Shown here one piece after another: positions 40,522-51,236 of a stretch of 64,000 bases of DNA (position 1 is its first letter; every line of letters begins with the position of its first letter). Below the pieces are notes generated by a model, which was not told the DNA's origin, did not search any database, and saw nothing but the letters and a program-made list of their open reading frames with translations. Position numbers and translations under genes: made by a program. The DNA is from Candidatus Latescibacterota bacterium (GTDB lineage Bacteria; Latescibacterota; UBA2968; GCA-2709665): assembly GCA_965203805.1 (NCBI GenBank), contig OZ241917.1, forward strand, positions 4,288,001-4,352,000. The letters run 5' to 3'.

Positions 40522-42012
40522 ATGTCAGCGATGAGAAAACAACGCACGATCTATTTCAACGACGCCCGCCACTACTATCTGTTCGTCTTCGAACCGCCGA
40601 TGCGGCTGGAAGACGCCCGGGTGCCTGTAGATGAAGTCGCCGGCACGGCCGTGGACACCTTCGTCTATGGCGTGTCCCGCGCGGACGGTCTCTTCTATCC
40701 CTCCAGGATCGGCCGAATGTTCGGTGACGATCTGCGACCATTCCAGCATGTCCACGAGTGGCGCGCCTGGGAGAATATGCAAAGCCTCATCGCCCGCGGC
40801 CTCGACCCCCTGACCGTCCTGGTCGACCGCGCCCACGAGAAGGGCATGGACTTCATCGCCAGCCTGCGGATGGGCGCTTACGGCGGCATGGCCCCGGAAC
40901 ACGCGCTCAACACCGGGGGGCGGGGTTTCGTCCATCCCGAAGTGCGCAACCACCAGCGGGCGATTCTGAAAGAACTCGCCACGAGGTACGCCGTCGAAGG
41001 CGTGGAACTGGACTTCGCAGCCTCCCCCGGCGGTTGTCCTTTCTGGCTGAGGACGGAAGACGTGGCCGAATACACGCCGGTGATGACGGATTTCGTGAGA
41101 GAAACCGCCGAAATCGTCCGGGGCCGGCCGGGCGGTCCCGCCCTGATCGGCGCCCGCGTCTACCCCACCGAAGAGCTGAACCTGAAGACCGGGCTTGACG
41201 TGCGGACCTGGCTTCGAGAAGGGGTGGTCGACTTCGTGGTTCCCATGCTTTACGTCGATTTCGTACTGGACGCCAATATGCCGGTCGGCTGGCTCGTAGA
41301 GGCCGCCCACGACCGCGATGTCTCCGTCTACGGAATGCTTCAACCCTACTGCAGCGACGAGAGCCGGCGGTTCAATACGGCCGGGAACGCGACCCCCGCC
41401 ATGATGCGCGCGGCCGCCGCGAATTTCCTGGAGCTTGGCGTGGACGGCCTGTACACGTGGTTTCTTCCCTGGCCCCTGGACGAATCCGGCCGCAGTCTCC
41501 TCACGCAGCTCGGCGATCCCGATCTGATCCGGGAAGCCGACAAACACTACTTCCTGCGCCGCCGCTGTGAGGCCGCGGCCGAATTCGACTATGGCGCCTC
41601 TCTGCCCCTCGAAATGCCTTTACCGGAGCCGGGGAAATTTCGCCGGATGCCTTTCTCCATCGCCGACGACCCCGAAAATGACCGCATACGGAGGGTCCGC
41701 CTCCGGATGGGCATCAGCAATCTCGTCTCGGCCGACAGACTCGAGATCAGGCTGAACGGCGTCCGGCTGGACGTCGGGTCCTGCCGCCGTTCGCCGATCC
41801 GGTCCCGGGACCCGTACGCGGGACAACTGCTGGAATTCGACCTGGAAAACGTACGTCCCCGGAAGGGCCGGAATGTGCTCGAAATATCCCTGCAGGAAAG
41901 GCCTCCCGGCTTCGAAGGAGGAATTGTGGTGGAAGACGTGGAGGTCCTGTTCGAATACGGTACGTATCCGACACCCATCAGTGGACCGATAGGATTAGCA
42001 GCACAGAAGTAA
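40522..42012 (+). CDS. Putative glycoside-hydrolase-like TIM-barrel protein, paralog 2
   Basis: FNDARH, DPL..LVDRAHEKG, SLRM, YAVEGVELDF and GVDGLY. Confidence 0.65.
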   Translation: MSAMRKQRTIYFNDARHYYLFVFEPPMRLEDARVPVDEVAGTAVDTFVYGVSRADGLFYPSRIGRMFGDDLRPFQHVHEWRAWENMQSLIARGLDPLTVLVDRAHEKGMDFIASLRMGAYGGMAPEHALNTGGRGFVHPEVRNHQRAILKELATRYAVEGVELDFAASPGGCPFWLRTEDVAEYTPVMTDFVRETAEIVRGRPGGPALIGARVYPTEELNLKTGLDVRTWLREGVVDFVVPMLYVDFVLDANMPVGWLVEAAHDRDVSVYGMLQPYCSDESRRFNTAGNATPAMMRAAAANFLELGVDGLYTWFLPWPLDESGRSLLTQLGDPDLIREADKHYFLRRRCEAAAEFDYGASLPLEMPLPEPGKFRRMPFSIADDPENDRIRRVRLRMGISNLVSADRLEIRLNGVRLDVGSCRRSPIRSRDPYAGQLLEFDLENVRPRKGRNVLEISLQERPPGFEGGIVVEDVEVLFEYGTYPTPISGPIGLAAQK

Positions 42013-42082
42013 AAAGGCGGTCGGACGGCTACCTGACCTGGCGCTTCAACCTGATCGTCCCGGCTCCGGATCGGACCGTTCC

Positions 42083-42667
42083 TCAGTCCTCCTCGAGCAG
42101 CCCCCCGGCCCGCAGCACCCGCCAGAACGCGTAGTCGGCCGCGTTCACGATGGTATTTTCGAGGCTCCGCACCACCAGTTCTCCTTCTCCCGAATGCCCG
42201 CCCGCGATATGCGCCACGGCTTCGGGCAGTCCCACGCTCAGACATACGTGGACGCCGTAGGCCGGATGCCGTATGGACGGCCACCCTGCCGCGCCCGGCG
42301 CGCGCTTCCAGCGGGCCTGGTTTTCCGGATCGAATTCCCAGGGCTTGCCGACGTCGTGGCAGATCGCGCCGGCAATGAGAACATCGCGGTTCACCGTCAG
42401 GTCAGGAAACATCGAGACGAGTTCATCCGCCATCCGCATCGCCAGGCGGGTCACCCCGCGGATATGATCGGTCTGCGTCCCCGTTTTCAGCGGCGGCGTA
42501 TCCGGGTTTCCCGATGGCCGGATCGCGGCAATCGAGTCGAAGCTGCTGCTCGCAAGCGCCGTCGCCCATGCCTCGATGACTTTCTCCCGCAATGCCGCGT
42601 CTGCGATTTCATCTGCCTCCGGCAGTTCTGCGCGGACGCTTTCGCGCAACGAATCGGTAACGGCCAT
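42083..42667 (-). CDS. HD-domain phosphohydrolase
   Basis: DHIRGV...HDVGK...RH...H...AD. GGAGGG RBS. Confidence 0.85.
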   Translation of the reverse strand: MAVTDSLRESVRAELPEADEIADAALREKVIEAWATALASSSFDSIAAIRPSGNPDTPPLKTGTQTDHIRGVTRLAMRMADELVSMFPDLTVNRDVLIAGAICHDVGKPWEFDPENQARWKRAPGAAGWPSIRHPAYGVHVCLSVGLPEAVAHIAGGHSGEGELVVRSLENTIVNAADYAFWRVLRAGGLLEED

Positions 42668-42724
42668 TGTATCTCCCTCCAATCTTGAACGCTCGTGAAC
42701 ATGATCAGAACGGTATGCGAGCCT

Positions 42725-44308
42725 TCAATACCGAATGACCAGTTCCACGTCGGTCAGGACGATATCGCAAGCCAGCTGCGGATGGCGTTCGACCAGTCCG
42801 ACATTGACCGTATGCCTCCTCTGCGCGACGTCAGCGGGGCGCAGCGGGAAGCACAGCCACGCCGCCCGGCTCACGTCGGAAATGCGGCGGATGCCCGGTG
42901 GAGGCTGGAAGGCGCCGCCGGGAGGATTCGTGTTGTCCATTGCGCAATAGCGGGTTTCAGGGTCTTTCAGTTCCCGCCCGTCCCAGACGACGCGGACCCT
43001 GTCGCCAACCACCCACTGATCCAGCCGGACGCGGAGTTCCAGGTGTGACGCGCCGTCTGCTTCGACGTCATCGGCGATGTCCAGGATGATGGCCGGCATT
43101 TCGCCCGTCACGGTTTCCTTAAGGGCCACCGGCACCTCCCCCAGGATCCGGTCGATGCGGTAAGCGCCGCGCCACGGTCCCTCTTTCTGGATGAACCGGT
43201 GTGTGGCCGCATAGATCTTGTCGGTGCGGTGAAGGGTTTCGGGCGAGGCGATCTGCGATAGCAACTCCCTCTTCATGTCCCGGTTGGCGTGCCAGTTGAA
43301 CACGTAAATGCCGTCGGCGCCGGCTCGATGGTACCGGGAGGCAATCGCCCGGGTGCGCATTCGATCTTTGATTTCAGGCGCTTCCGGGCCGACGAACGGA
43401 TCGGGCAGACCGCTGTCGAATCCCGCGTACACGGCGATCCCCCTGTCCCGGCACATCTCCACGAACGCCGCCACCTCCAGAGACGCGTCGGTGACAGCGC
43501 CGCCTCCCAGGATCAGGATGTCCACCAGCCCCTCTTCGATCCACACCGGAATGTCGTAGCCGATGCGGCGGCACATCTCCTCCGAGCCGGCCACGCGCGC
43601 CGCCAGATGGAATGGCCTGCCCCGCCGTTTCGCGACGTCGTCCGTCAGCTGCCGGACCCGGCGCTGGAGATCGGTGAGCACGTACCGCAGCCGGTAAGCC
43701 TCGTCTTCGGGAAGGTGAAACGCATGCCGCTGCCAGTCCAGTTCCACGCCGTCCCAGTCGTAGCGCGTGACGACCTCCTCGATATGGGTATACCGGTGCT
43801 CGCGGACTTCAGGGACCGCCATATTCCACGAGAGCGCGAACCACTCCGACGTCCGGTCGCCCAGCACCCACTCCGGGTGTTCCCGCCGCATCCGGGTCAA
43901 CTCCGAGTGGTGAAGCGCCGGCAGGTCTTCCACCTGCGCCCCGTCGAAGTGGTTGTCGTTCATGCGCACGGATGCGTAGACGTCCATGCCCAGGGCGCGG
44001 CCGTGTTCGATCAGCGAGGCATGCGGGTCCTCGCCCCGCTCCAGCATCAGACGGATGTTTTCGGTGTGGGTATAGGCCGAGACGTTCTCGTACATTCGCC
44101 CGTGGACGTCCCCCAGCATTTCCAGCGCGGAATCCGGCCAGCGGGCGGCGTGTTCGCCGATGCACCAGAACAACGCCCCCACCTGCGTATCTTCGAGAGG
44201 CCCGTAGGTCTTCTCGAGAAACGCGTCCATCGATTGCGGCGCCTCGGAATAGCCGTGCGGCGCCCCGTCCCAGTTGTAGATGATCCCGTAGTCGAAGGGT
44301 CCGGACAT
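42725..44308 (-). CDS. Putative glycoside-hydrolase-like TIM-barrel protein, paralog 3
   Basis: YNWDG, SVRMNDNH, YDWDGVELDW and GADGIYVFN. AAGGAGG RBS. Confidence 0.65.
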   Translation of the reverse strand: MSGPFDYGIIYNWDGAPHGYSEAPQSMDAFLEKTYGPLEDTQVGALFWCIGEHAARWPDSALEMLGDVHGRMYENVSAYTHTENIRLMLERGEDPHASLIEHGRALGMDVYASVRMNDNHFDGAQVEDLPALHHSELTRMRREHPEWVLGDRTSEWFALSWNMAVPEVREHRYTHIEEVVTRYDWDGVELDWQRHAFHLPEDEAYRLRYVLTDLQRRVRQLTDDVAKRRGRPFHLAARVAGSEEMCRRIGYDIPVWIEEGLVDILILGGGAVTDASLEVAAFVEMCRDRGIAVYAGFDSGLPDPFVGPEAPEIKDRMRTRAIASRYHRAGADGIYVFNWHANRDMKRELLSQIASPETLHRTDKIYAATHRFIQKEGPWRGAYRIDRILGEVPVALKETVTGEMPAIILDIADDVEADGASHLELRVRLDQWVVGDRVRVVWDGRELKDPETRYCAMDNTNPPGGAFQPPPGIRRISDVSRAAWLCFPLRPADVAQRRHTVNVGLVERHPQLACDIVLTDVELVIRY

Positions 44309-44351
44309 AATTGCCTCCTTTAAATCGGATGATTCAGGCACTAAATTGCGA

Positions 44352-44379
44352 TTGACATTGCGTGTAGTCCCTCTATTTT
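44352..44379 (+). promoter_or_regulatory. Putative sigma70 promoter
   Basis: TTGACA-16 bp-TATTTT upstream of 44431. Confidence 0.4.
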
Positions 44380-44430
44380 ACGAGCGAATTCACACCTTTC
44401 CAATATCAGATTCCTTCACTTTCGCAATCT

Positions 44431-45213
44431 ATGAAATCCGCCTTCTGCACCAACGCCTTCGGTAATACGCAAGCCGATCAGGAAAGCGCCATCCCCTATC
44501 TCGCCGAACTGGGATACGACGGCATCGAGCTCTGGCAGCAGTACCTTTGCGACGCGGACCTGGCATGGGTCCGTTCCATCGCGGCCGAACACGACCTCGA
44601 GATCGTGCAGATCTGCCCCTACTTCGACTTCACCACCAGCCGGGAAACCTGGGACCGGAGTATCCGGGACGCGGCAACCTTTATCGAATACGCGGTCGAA
44701 CTCGACTGTCGATTTATACGCACCTACACGGGCAATGTCGGGAGCGCGGACGCCTCCGTCGAGCAGTGGGACGCCTGCGTCCGGGGGTTGCGGACCGTCT
44801 GCGAAATGGGCGCCGCGCACAATATCGTGTTCCCGCTGGAAACGCACCAGGTGATTCACCATGGGCCCAACCTGACGGATACGAGTCCAAGCACGCTCAA
44901 ACTGCTCGACGACGTTGGCATGGACAACCTTACCGTGAACCTCCAGACGCCTCTCGTCGGCGAGTCCGTCTTCCATACCGCCGAGCAACTCGGGGAACAC
45001 GTGGTCCACCTGCACGCCCACAACTGGCTGGGAAGCTGGCCGAACCTCACGTTTCTGGACGCCGGCGACGTGGACTTCGCCGCATTCCTCCGCGTTCTCC
45101 AATCCAAAGGCTTCGACGGATACATTTCAATAGAACACGGGAGCCATCATCCGCCATACGAGACGGCTGCGCATGAAATCACATACCTGAAGAGACTCAG
45201 GCGTCAGGAATAG
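44431..45213 (+). CDS. Sugar phosphate isomerase/epimerase (TIM barrel)
   Basis: GYDGIEL, LETH, HLHAHN, GDVDF and GFDGYISIEH. Confidence 0.85.
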   Translation: MKSAFCTNAFGNTQADQESAIPYLAELGYDGIELWQQYLCDADLAWVRSIAAEHDLEIVQICPYFDFTTSRETWDRSIRDAATFIEYAVELDCRFIRTYTGNVGSADASVEQWDACVRGLRTVCEMGAAHNIVFPLETHQVIHHGPNLTDTSPSTLKLLDDVGMDNLTVNLQTPLVGESVFHTAEQLGEHVVHLHAHNWLGSWPNLTFLDAGDVDFAAFLRVLQSKGFDGYISIEHGSHHPPYETAAHEITYLKRLRRQE

Positions 45214-45269
45214 CGTAGATCGCAACCCGCACCGTAAGACCCCAATCTCGTCGACAACCGGAGCCCGCG

Positions 45270-48200
45270 ATGCCGCAGCGGAGAATATCCCTCAAGAATC
45301 TCAGGACACCCAAACCGGTCTACCCGTACACCGTCCTCGTGGAGGCCGGGCTGCCGGCGGCCGCCATCGTGCGTCCGTCGGATGACCGGTACGGCGCCAT
45401 TGCCGAGACCATCCGGGGAAAAATATACGACCTCACGGGCGCGAAGCTGCCGGTGGTCGACCACGGCGCCGCTGCAAAGACGCCCCGAAGGCACCTCATC
45501 CTGCTGGGAAACGTGAACACCAACAGGGTGGTCTTCCGGCTGTACGGTTACAGCTATACCCCGACAGACGACCATTATCCCGGCCGTGGCGGCCACCTTC
45601 TCCATACCATCCACGATCCCTGGGGCAACGGCAGGAACGCCGTGGGCCTTTTCGGCAGCGACGTCGCCGGGGTGGAAGCGGCCGCAGGCCTCTTTCTGGA
45701 CCGCCTGGCGGCGGGGCCCACGCTGACCCTCGGATCCATGTTCGACGTAACGTGGGGTCCGGATGCCCGGCGCGACGCCGGAGTCCCGGATGAACCGGAC
45801 CTGGACGCCGAGATGGCGGAAGCCGAAGACGACCTCGCACGCGGCTCCCATACCGGTCTTTGGAGCAGGATCGGCCAGCGGGGCCTGCTCTACGGGCTTA
45901 CCGGAAACGAAATCTACGCTGAAATTTACAAACGACTGGTTTACCGGATGTACGACCATGTCCTGTCCGACCCTGATAATTACGGCAGCGTATGGGGTTT
46001 CGACGCGGACTTCGCGCTGCAGTACGTCATGCCCGGGTGGGACCTCGTGGAAGAGAGTCCCGCCGTCTCCTCGGAGGACCGCCTGCGGATTACGCGCATC
46101 CTCTACGAGTTCATTTCGGATTGCGTTTCGCACGTGGGCAATGTCGACAACGACCACGTCCGCCATAACCATGCAACGTACGCCGCGCTCGGCCTTCACT
46201 ACGCCGGCGCTTATTTCAGGAAATACTACAGGGCCACGCAGGCCTACCGTTGGCTGGCCCTGTCGGAGAAGTGCTTCGGTGTGCAGGTCAACGCGTTCAA
46301 GCCGTACGAGGACTGCGGCCACTACCATTGGCGCACCCATTTCCACGCGATGCGATATACGCTAAGTACCGGCGACATGACGTTTTTCGATACGGGTAAT
46401 GCGCAGCGCGCCGGCGACTACGCCATCCTGACAACGGACAACCTGGGCTGCGCGGTGCCCAATGGAGACACGGCCTCCCCGTTCGGCACGTGGACCGAAA
46501 TGCCCTACCTGCGCGCCATGGTCTGCGTAACCGGCGACGGCCGCTACCAGTGGATGCTCGACAAGAAGAAAGAAATGGCGCCGCGCCCCCACCCTTACGA
46601 ACACAGCCGCGACGTGGAACCCGTTGAACCCATGGACCTGGAGGGGGCGCAGGTCTATCCGTTAGACCCCAGGTATTACGATTCAACAAACGGCAGCGAG
46701 CACCTGCCTCTGGACAAGACGTTCGACAAGGTCGTCTTCCGGGACGGGTTCGATCCTGACAATCAATATCTGTTTCTGGACGGCCTGTCCAACGGCGGTC
46801 ACAAGCATTACGACGGCAACTCGATCTGCCGCCTGACCCAGAACAACCGTATCTGGCTGGCCGACTGCGACTATATCAAATCACTGCCCAAATTCCACAA
46901 CGGGGTCCTCATCTTCAAGGACGGCCAGTCAGCCGAAATTCCGCCGTTCGTGGAACTCGAACGGTTTTCCGCCAACCGGAACAGCGGGTTCTCCCAGACG
47001 ACCCTTCGTTCCTACAGCGGCGTGGACTGGCGTCGCAACACCCTGTGGAGCCGGGGCGTCTATTTCCTCGTCGTCGACGAGATGGAGGCCCTGGGAGAAG
47101 CGGAATACAGTTTCCGCGCCGTCTGGCAGACGCTGGGCGACGTAACCCTCCGCAAGGGCGGCCTGGCCGCGGAGCAGAACGGCGAGCAATTCTTCATCCA
47201 CGGCCTGCCGGGACCGCGGCTCAGGCTCGAGGACGATCCGGTTACAGGTAAGAACTGGGACCGATACGAACACGCCGAACCGATCGTACGCATCCTCCAG
47301 CAGATCGCCGACGTGCGACTCGTGAAAGGGGAGACGTATCGGTTTTTCAACCTGCTCTATTGCAGCCCCCTGAAGCTCGCTATGACACAGGTCGCCGCGA
47401 ATGCCGTACGCATCGACGGGGGTCCGGAAACCGTCTTTGCCGGCGTCGGCGAAACCCGCGTTGCGTCGGCCCTTCCGTCCGGCCCCTCCGTCGCGGCGGC
47501 TCAGTTTCAGATATCTCCCCGTTCACTCTCCATTGTCGACGGCACGGAAGTCTCGTGGGAAGATACCGCGTTCAAGAGCGATCGCCCGGTGAGTCTCGAA
47601 TACGATCTGTCGGCTGCACAGGGCAGGCTTGCCACCTCCGGGCCGACGACGATCTCGCTGACCGCCGGAAGCGGGACGCAGGTCGAACTGGACGGCAAGC
47701 CGATCGCCGACGACGACTCGAACGGCGCCGTCACGTTCCGCGCGCCTGAGGGCAAATGCCGGATCGCGTTGATTCCACCGGCGCTTGCGGGAATCCGCCG
47801 CGCCGCGGTGACGTCTGATGCGCCCGAATTTACGCCACGAGTTCGAACGACACGCCGGGAACGCCGGGTTCCCCACCTCCGAACGGTCTGGTCGCACCGG
47901 GCGGACGGCGCATTCCTTTCCCTGCAAGCCGCGGACCTGGACGGCGATGGCGAAGATGAAGTCATCGCGGGCGGACGTTCGCAGTCCATCCATGCGTATA
48001 AGGGCGGAGGCGAGCTCTGGCGATTTCCCACCGGAGGCGCCGTGCGTTCCGTCTGTGCGGCGGATCTGGAGAACGACGGCCGGTCCGAAATCATCGCCGG
48101 TTCGGAAGACACCCGGGTGTACGTCCTCGCCGCGACCGGAACCTTACAGTGGAGTTACGAGATTCCGTTCTACTTCCAGGACCCGGTCGTGCGCTCCGTT

Positions 48201-48956
48201 TTCACCGGCGACATCAACGGCGACGGCAACCTCGAAGTCATCGCCGCCGTGGAATCGTGGCGATATCACGCCCTCACCCACGAGGGCGAGGAACTCTGGC
48301 GCCAGATGACCGTTCGCCCCTCGTCCACCGGGTGTGCTGCGGATCTGGACGGCGACGGCCGCGACGAGGTGATCGCCGGGACCGACTACCACCGGTGGCA
48401 CTGCATCGACGGCGACGGTGAGATCCGGTGGTCCTACCATCCGGCCACGGGCCCGCGCGCCAACAGCGCGGCCGCCGGGGACGTCGACGGCGACGGGCTG
48501 AAGGAAGTCGCATTCGCGGGCGCGGACACGCACATCCACCTCCTCAAAGCCGATGGCACGCTCATCTCGCAATTCAACACCGGCGATGAAGTCACCCGCG
48601 TCCTGATGGCCGATATGGATGGCGACGGGCGGGACGAAATCGTCGCCTCGTCCATGAGTTTCAACGTCTACGTCGTCAAAGGCGACGGCAAGACCCTCCA
48701 CTGGCGCACCGATCTCGGTGAAGTCGTCAATTGCATCGCCGCGGCCGATTTCAACGGGGACGGAAAACCGGAAGTCGCGGCGGGTGTCGAGGACGGGACG
48801 GTATACCTCCTCGGCAATGCGGATGGACGTCCGGTCGGCCGATATAAGACTGGCGGACCGATTCTGGATATCGTCGCCGCGGACGTGGACGGGGACGGCA
48901 TCCCCGAAATCGCCGCCTGTTCGGAGGACGGATTCCTGCACGTCTTCAAGGCGTAA
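45270..48956 (+). CDS. Heparinase II/III-like protein fused to an FG-GAP/PQQ-like beta-propeller
   Basis: HNH, PNGD, GGHKHYD and HNGV in the lyase-like part. About 8 C-terminal D(L/I/V)DGDG..E(V/I) repeats. Confidence 0.72.
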   Translation: MPQRRISLKNLRTPKPVYPYTVLVEAGLPAAAIVRPSDDRYGAIAETIRGKIYDLTGAKLPVVDHGAAAKTPRRHLILLGNVNTNRVVFRLYGYSYTPTDDHYPGRGGHLLHTIHDPWGNGRNAVGLFGSDVAGVEAAAGLFLDRLAAGPTLTLGSMFDVTWGPDARRDAGVPDEPDLDAEMAEAEDDLARGSHTGLWSRIGQRGLLYGLTGNEIYAEIYKRLVYRMYDHVLSDPDNYGSVWGFDADFALQYVMPGWDLVEESPAVSSEDRLRITRILYEFISDCVSHVGNVDNDHVRHNHATYAALGLHYAGAYFRKYYRATQAYRWLALSEKCFGVQVNAFKPYEDCGHYHWRTHFHAMRYTLSTGDMTFFDTGNAQRAGDYAILTTDNLGCAVPNGDTASPFGTWTEMPYLRAMVCVTGDGRYQWMLDKKKEMAPRPHPYEHSRDVEPVEPMDLEGAQVYPLDPRYYDSTNGSEHLPLDKTFDKVVFRDGFDPDNQYLFLDGLSNGGHKHYDGNSICRLTQNNRIWLADCDYIKSLPKFHNGVLIFKDGQSAEIPPFVELERFSANRNSGFSQTTLRSYSGVDWRRNTLWSRGVYFLVVDEMEALGEAEYSFRAVWQTLGDVTLRKGGLAAEQNGEQFFIHGLPGPRLRLEDDPVTGKNWDRYEHAEPIVRILQQIADVRLVKGETYRFFNLLYCSPLKLAMTQVAANAVRIDGGPETVFAGVGETRVASALPSGPSVAAAQFQISPRSLSIVDGTEVSWEDTAFKSDRPVSLEYDLSAAQGRLATSGPTTISLTAGSGTQVELDGKPIADDDSNGAVTFRAPEGKCRIALIPPALAGIRRAAVTSDAPEFTPRVRTTRRERRVPHLRTVWSHRADGAFLSLQAADLDGDGEDEVIAGGRSQSIHAYKGGGELWRFPTGGAVRSVCAADLENDGRSEIIAGSEDTRVYVLAATGTLQWSYEIPFYFQDPVVRSVFTGDINGDGNLEVIAAVESWRYHALTHEGEELWRQMTVRPSSTGCAADLDGDGRDEVIAGTDYHRWHCIDGDGEIRWSYHPATGPRANSAAAGDVDGDGLKEVAFAGADTHIHLLKADGTLISQFNTGDEVTRVLMADMDGDGRDEIVASSMSFNVYVVKGDGKTLHWRTDLGEVVNCIAAADFNGDGKPEVAAGVEDGTVYLLGNADGRPVGRYKTGGPILDIVAADVDGDGIPEIAACSEDGFLHVFKA

Positions 48957-49031
48957 GGGAACCTGTCAATCGACTTTCGCGGCAGCGGGCACGTCGATCG
49001 CCGTGCGGCTCCGAATTCACGTCACACGGAC

Positions 49032-49697
49032 TCAGTCCTCGCCCAGGATTTCCCGTACCATGTTCTCCAGATGGTCCGTCCTCCCGAAGGAGACGTCCCG
49101 GAGGACGCCCTTTCGGTCGACCACAATGGTGGACGGCGTTCCGCGCAGGGCGAACTTTTCGAACGTCTCGGCCGAATATTGCTTGGCCTTCAGATAGTCT
49201 CGCACCCTCTCAATGATCTGGACCCGATAGCCCTCGGGCTGCGAATCGAAGTCAGGTACCTGGGGGTATATCACGTTCATGATCGCGTCATCCCCGGGGT
49301 CGCCGGACGTCCTCGTCAGGTTGTCCATTCCCAGCGGAAACGGGATCCTGTAGGGCAGCCTGTCCCCCTCCTGCAACTGCCCGTTCACAGAAAGCACCTT
49401 CCTGGTCTCGCCGATGACCCGACCCGTTTCGGCCAGGAGCCTGAGGTTGTCGAGCGTGTTCCTGTCAAAGTCCTCGAAGGCTGTGGCCAGTCCGATCACG
49501 CGTACCCCTTCGTCCCTGTATTCATCGTAGATGCGTATCGCCTCTGGAATGGCATACATGAAGCATCCGGGACAATTGACCTGGAAGACTTCAAGCACGA
49601 CGATATTGTCCCGTTCAAGGTCGAAGTTGGTCGGGGCGCCCTGCACCCAGGTTGAGACGCCGAAGTTGGGCGCTGTCTGTCCTACCTTTATTGACAT
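49032..49697 (-). CDS. Thioredoxin-fold redoxin (AhpC/TSA/TlpA-like)
   Basis: KVGQTAPNF, FQVNCPGC and GTPS..VVDRKG. Confidence 0.82.
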   Translation of the reverse strand: MSIKVGQTAPNFGVSTWVQGAPTNFDLERDNIVVLEVFQVNCPGCFMYAIPEAIRIYDEYRDEGVRVIGLATAFEDFDRNTLDNLRLLAETGRVIGETRKVLSVNGQLQEGDRLPYRIPFPLGMDNLTRTSGDPGDDAIMNVIYPQVPDFDSQPEGYRVQIIERVRDYLKAKQYSAETFEKFALRGTPSTIVVDRKGVLRDVSFGRTDHLENMVREILGED

Positions 49698-49937
49698 GGA
49701 TTGTGGACTCCTTTCGCCATCGGGGTATGTCGGTCCCTTTGCCCGACCAACAAAAAACCGGATTCAACTTGAATAAACCGCCCACGGCAGACCGGTCAAG
49801 TTCCCGCTTGCGCCGGATGTCGCCTCGCGTGGATATTACAGGGCACATGAAGGTCTGAAAAGCGCAAACCATCGGCCCTTCACCCGGAGCCGAACCCGCG
49901 ATTCCGAGCCGCAAACTCACGACTAAAGGAAATCACC

Positions 49938-51152
49938 ATGAAAATCACCGACATCGAAATCATTCCCATCTACCCGAAGATCGCCGCGCGGAATGCCGAT
50001 CAGAAAACCCGCTTCATCAATCTGAACCATCGTACCATCTTCAAGATCACGACGGACAGCGGCATCGTCGGTTACGGCGACGCGCGTTGCGCGGCCCCCG
50101 ACAGGTCCACCGTCGAGCACGTTGTCGGACGAGATCCCTTCGACTTCATCAACGCCAATCTGAATTCAGGCCTGATGGGCGCGCTGTACGACGCCATGGG
50201 CAAGCACCTCGAGATTCCCGCGTACAAACTCATGGGCCAGAAGATCCGCGACCGTGTGCCCGTGGCGGCGTGGACCCGCCCCGCGTCCCCGGAAGACCTG
50301 GCAAAAGACGTCCAGCGGGCGGTTGGCGAAGGATATATGATCTTCAAGATCCATACCTGCGCCTACTACGACGTTTTAGAACAGACCCGGGCCGTGGAGG
50401 AGGTGGCGCCGCCGGGATTCAAGATGCACTACGACTTCAATCACAACCGGCCGCTTGCCGCCGTCCTGCGAATCCTGAAAGAACTGGAAGGTTCACCCGT
50501 GGTGGGAATGATCGAGGACCCCCTCGTTCTGTCCGACGTGGAAGGGTGGCGGCTGCTGCGGCAGAAGACCAGCTTTCCACTTCTCATGCACGTCCCGCAA
50601 CTCGGCGGCGGGCAGGAGATGATCCGGGGTTGCGCGGACGCCTACATGATCGGAGAAGGCGGGATCGGCCCCACCCTCGTGCGCGGTTTTGCGGCCGGCC
50701 TGGCCAACGTGTCCTCGGTGATCCAGCTCACGGGCGGTACGCTCACCAAGGCAATGGCCCTGCATATGGGCGCCGTGATTCCGAACGTGGCGCATTGCAC
50801 GAACCTGGACGACCAGTACGACGAAGACGTTGTCAAACAACGGATCGAGGTGGCGGCCGGTTCGTCTCCGGTCCCCGAGGGCCCCGGCCTCGGCGTCGAG
50901 GTCGACGAAGACGCCCTGGCAAGGTGCGCGGCAAACAAACCCACGGTGATCCCGACCACCATCGGGATCCTGCACCTGCCGGGCGGGAACAGACTCTACA
51001 CGAAAGGGTTCCCGAACGTGCCCCGGGTCACGGGCTTTCCAGAAGGCAATACCCGGGGCATCCGGCTGGAGGTGTGGGAGGAGGACGGCACGGACGCGTT
51101 TCGGGAGACGCTGCAACGCATTGAAAAGAGCGGTCCGTTTATGGAGAAATAG
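49938..51152 (+). CDS. Mandelate racemase/muconate lactonizing (enolase superfamily) enzyme
   Basis: MKITDIE, ALYDAMGK...P.YKL.G, FKIH, YDFN, EDP and PEGPGLGVEVD. Confidence 0.85.
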   Translation: MKITDIEIIPIYPKIAARNADQKTRFINLNHRTIFKITTDSGIVGYGDARCAAPDRSTVEHVVGRDPFDFINANLNSGLMGALYDAMGKHLEIPAYKLMGQKIRDRVPVAAWTRPASPEDLAKDVQRAVGEGYMIFKIHTCAYYDVLEQTRAVEEVAPPGFKMHYDFNHNRPLAAVLRILKELEGSPVVGMIEDPLVLSDVEGWRLLRQKTSFPLLMHVPQLGGGQEMIRGCADAYMIGEGGIGPTLVRGFAAGLANVSSVIQLTGGTLTKAMALHMGAVIPNVAHCTNLDDQYDEDVVKQRIEVAAGSSPVPEGPGLGVEVDEDALARCAANKPTVIPTTIGILHLPGGNRLYTKGFPNVPRVTGFPEGNTRGIRLEVWEEDGTDAFRETLQRIEKSGPFMEK

Positions 51153-51236
51153 ACGTTCAGTTCGCCCCGGCGCCCGGAGACATCGACCTTCCGTATGATT
51201 GAACGCCCGGGCAGAATCGTTCGAACAGGAGTCGCC

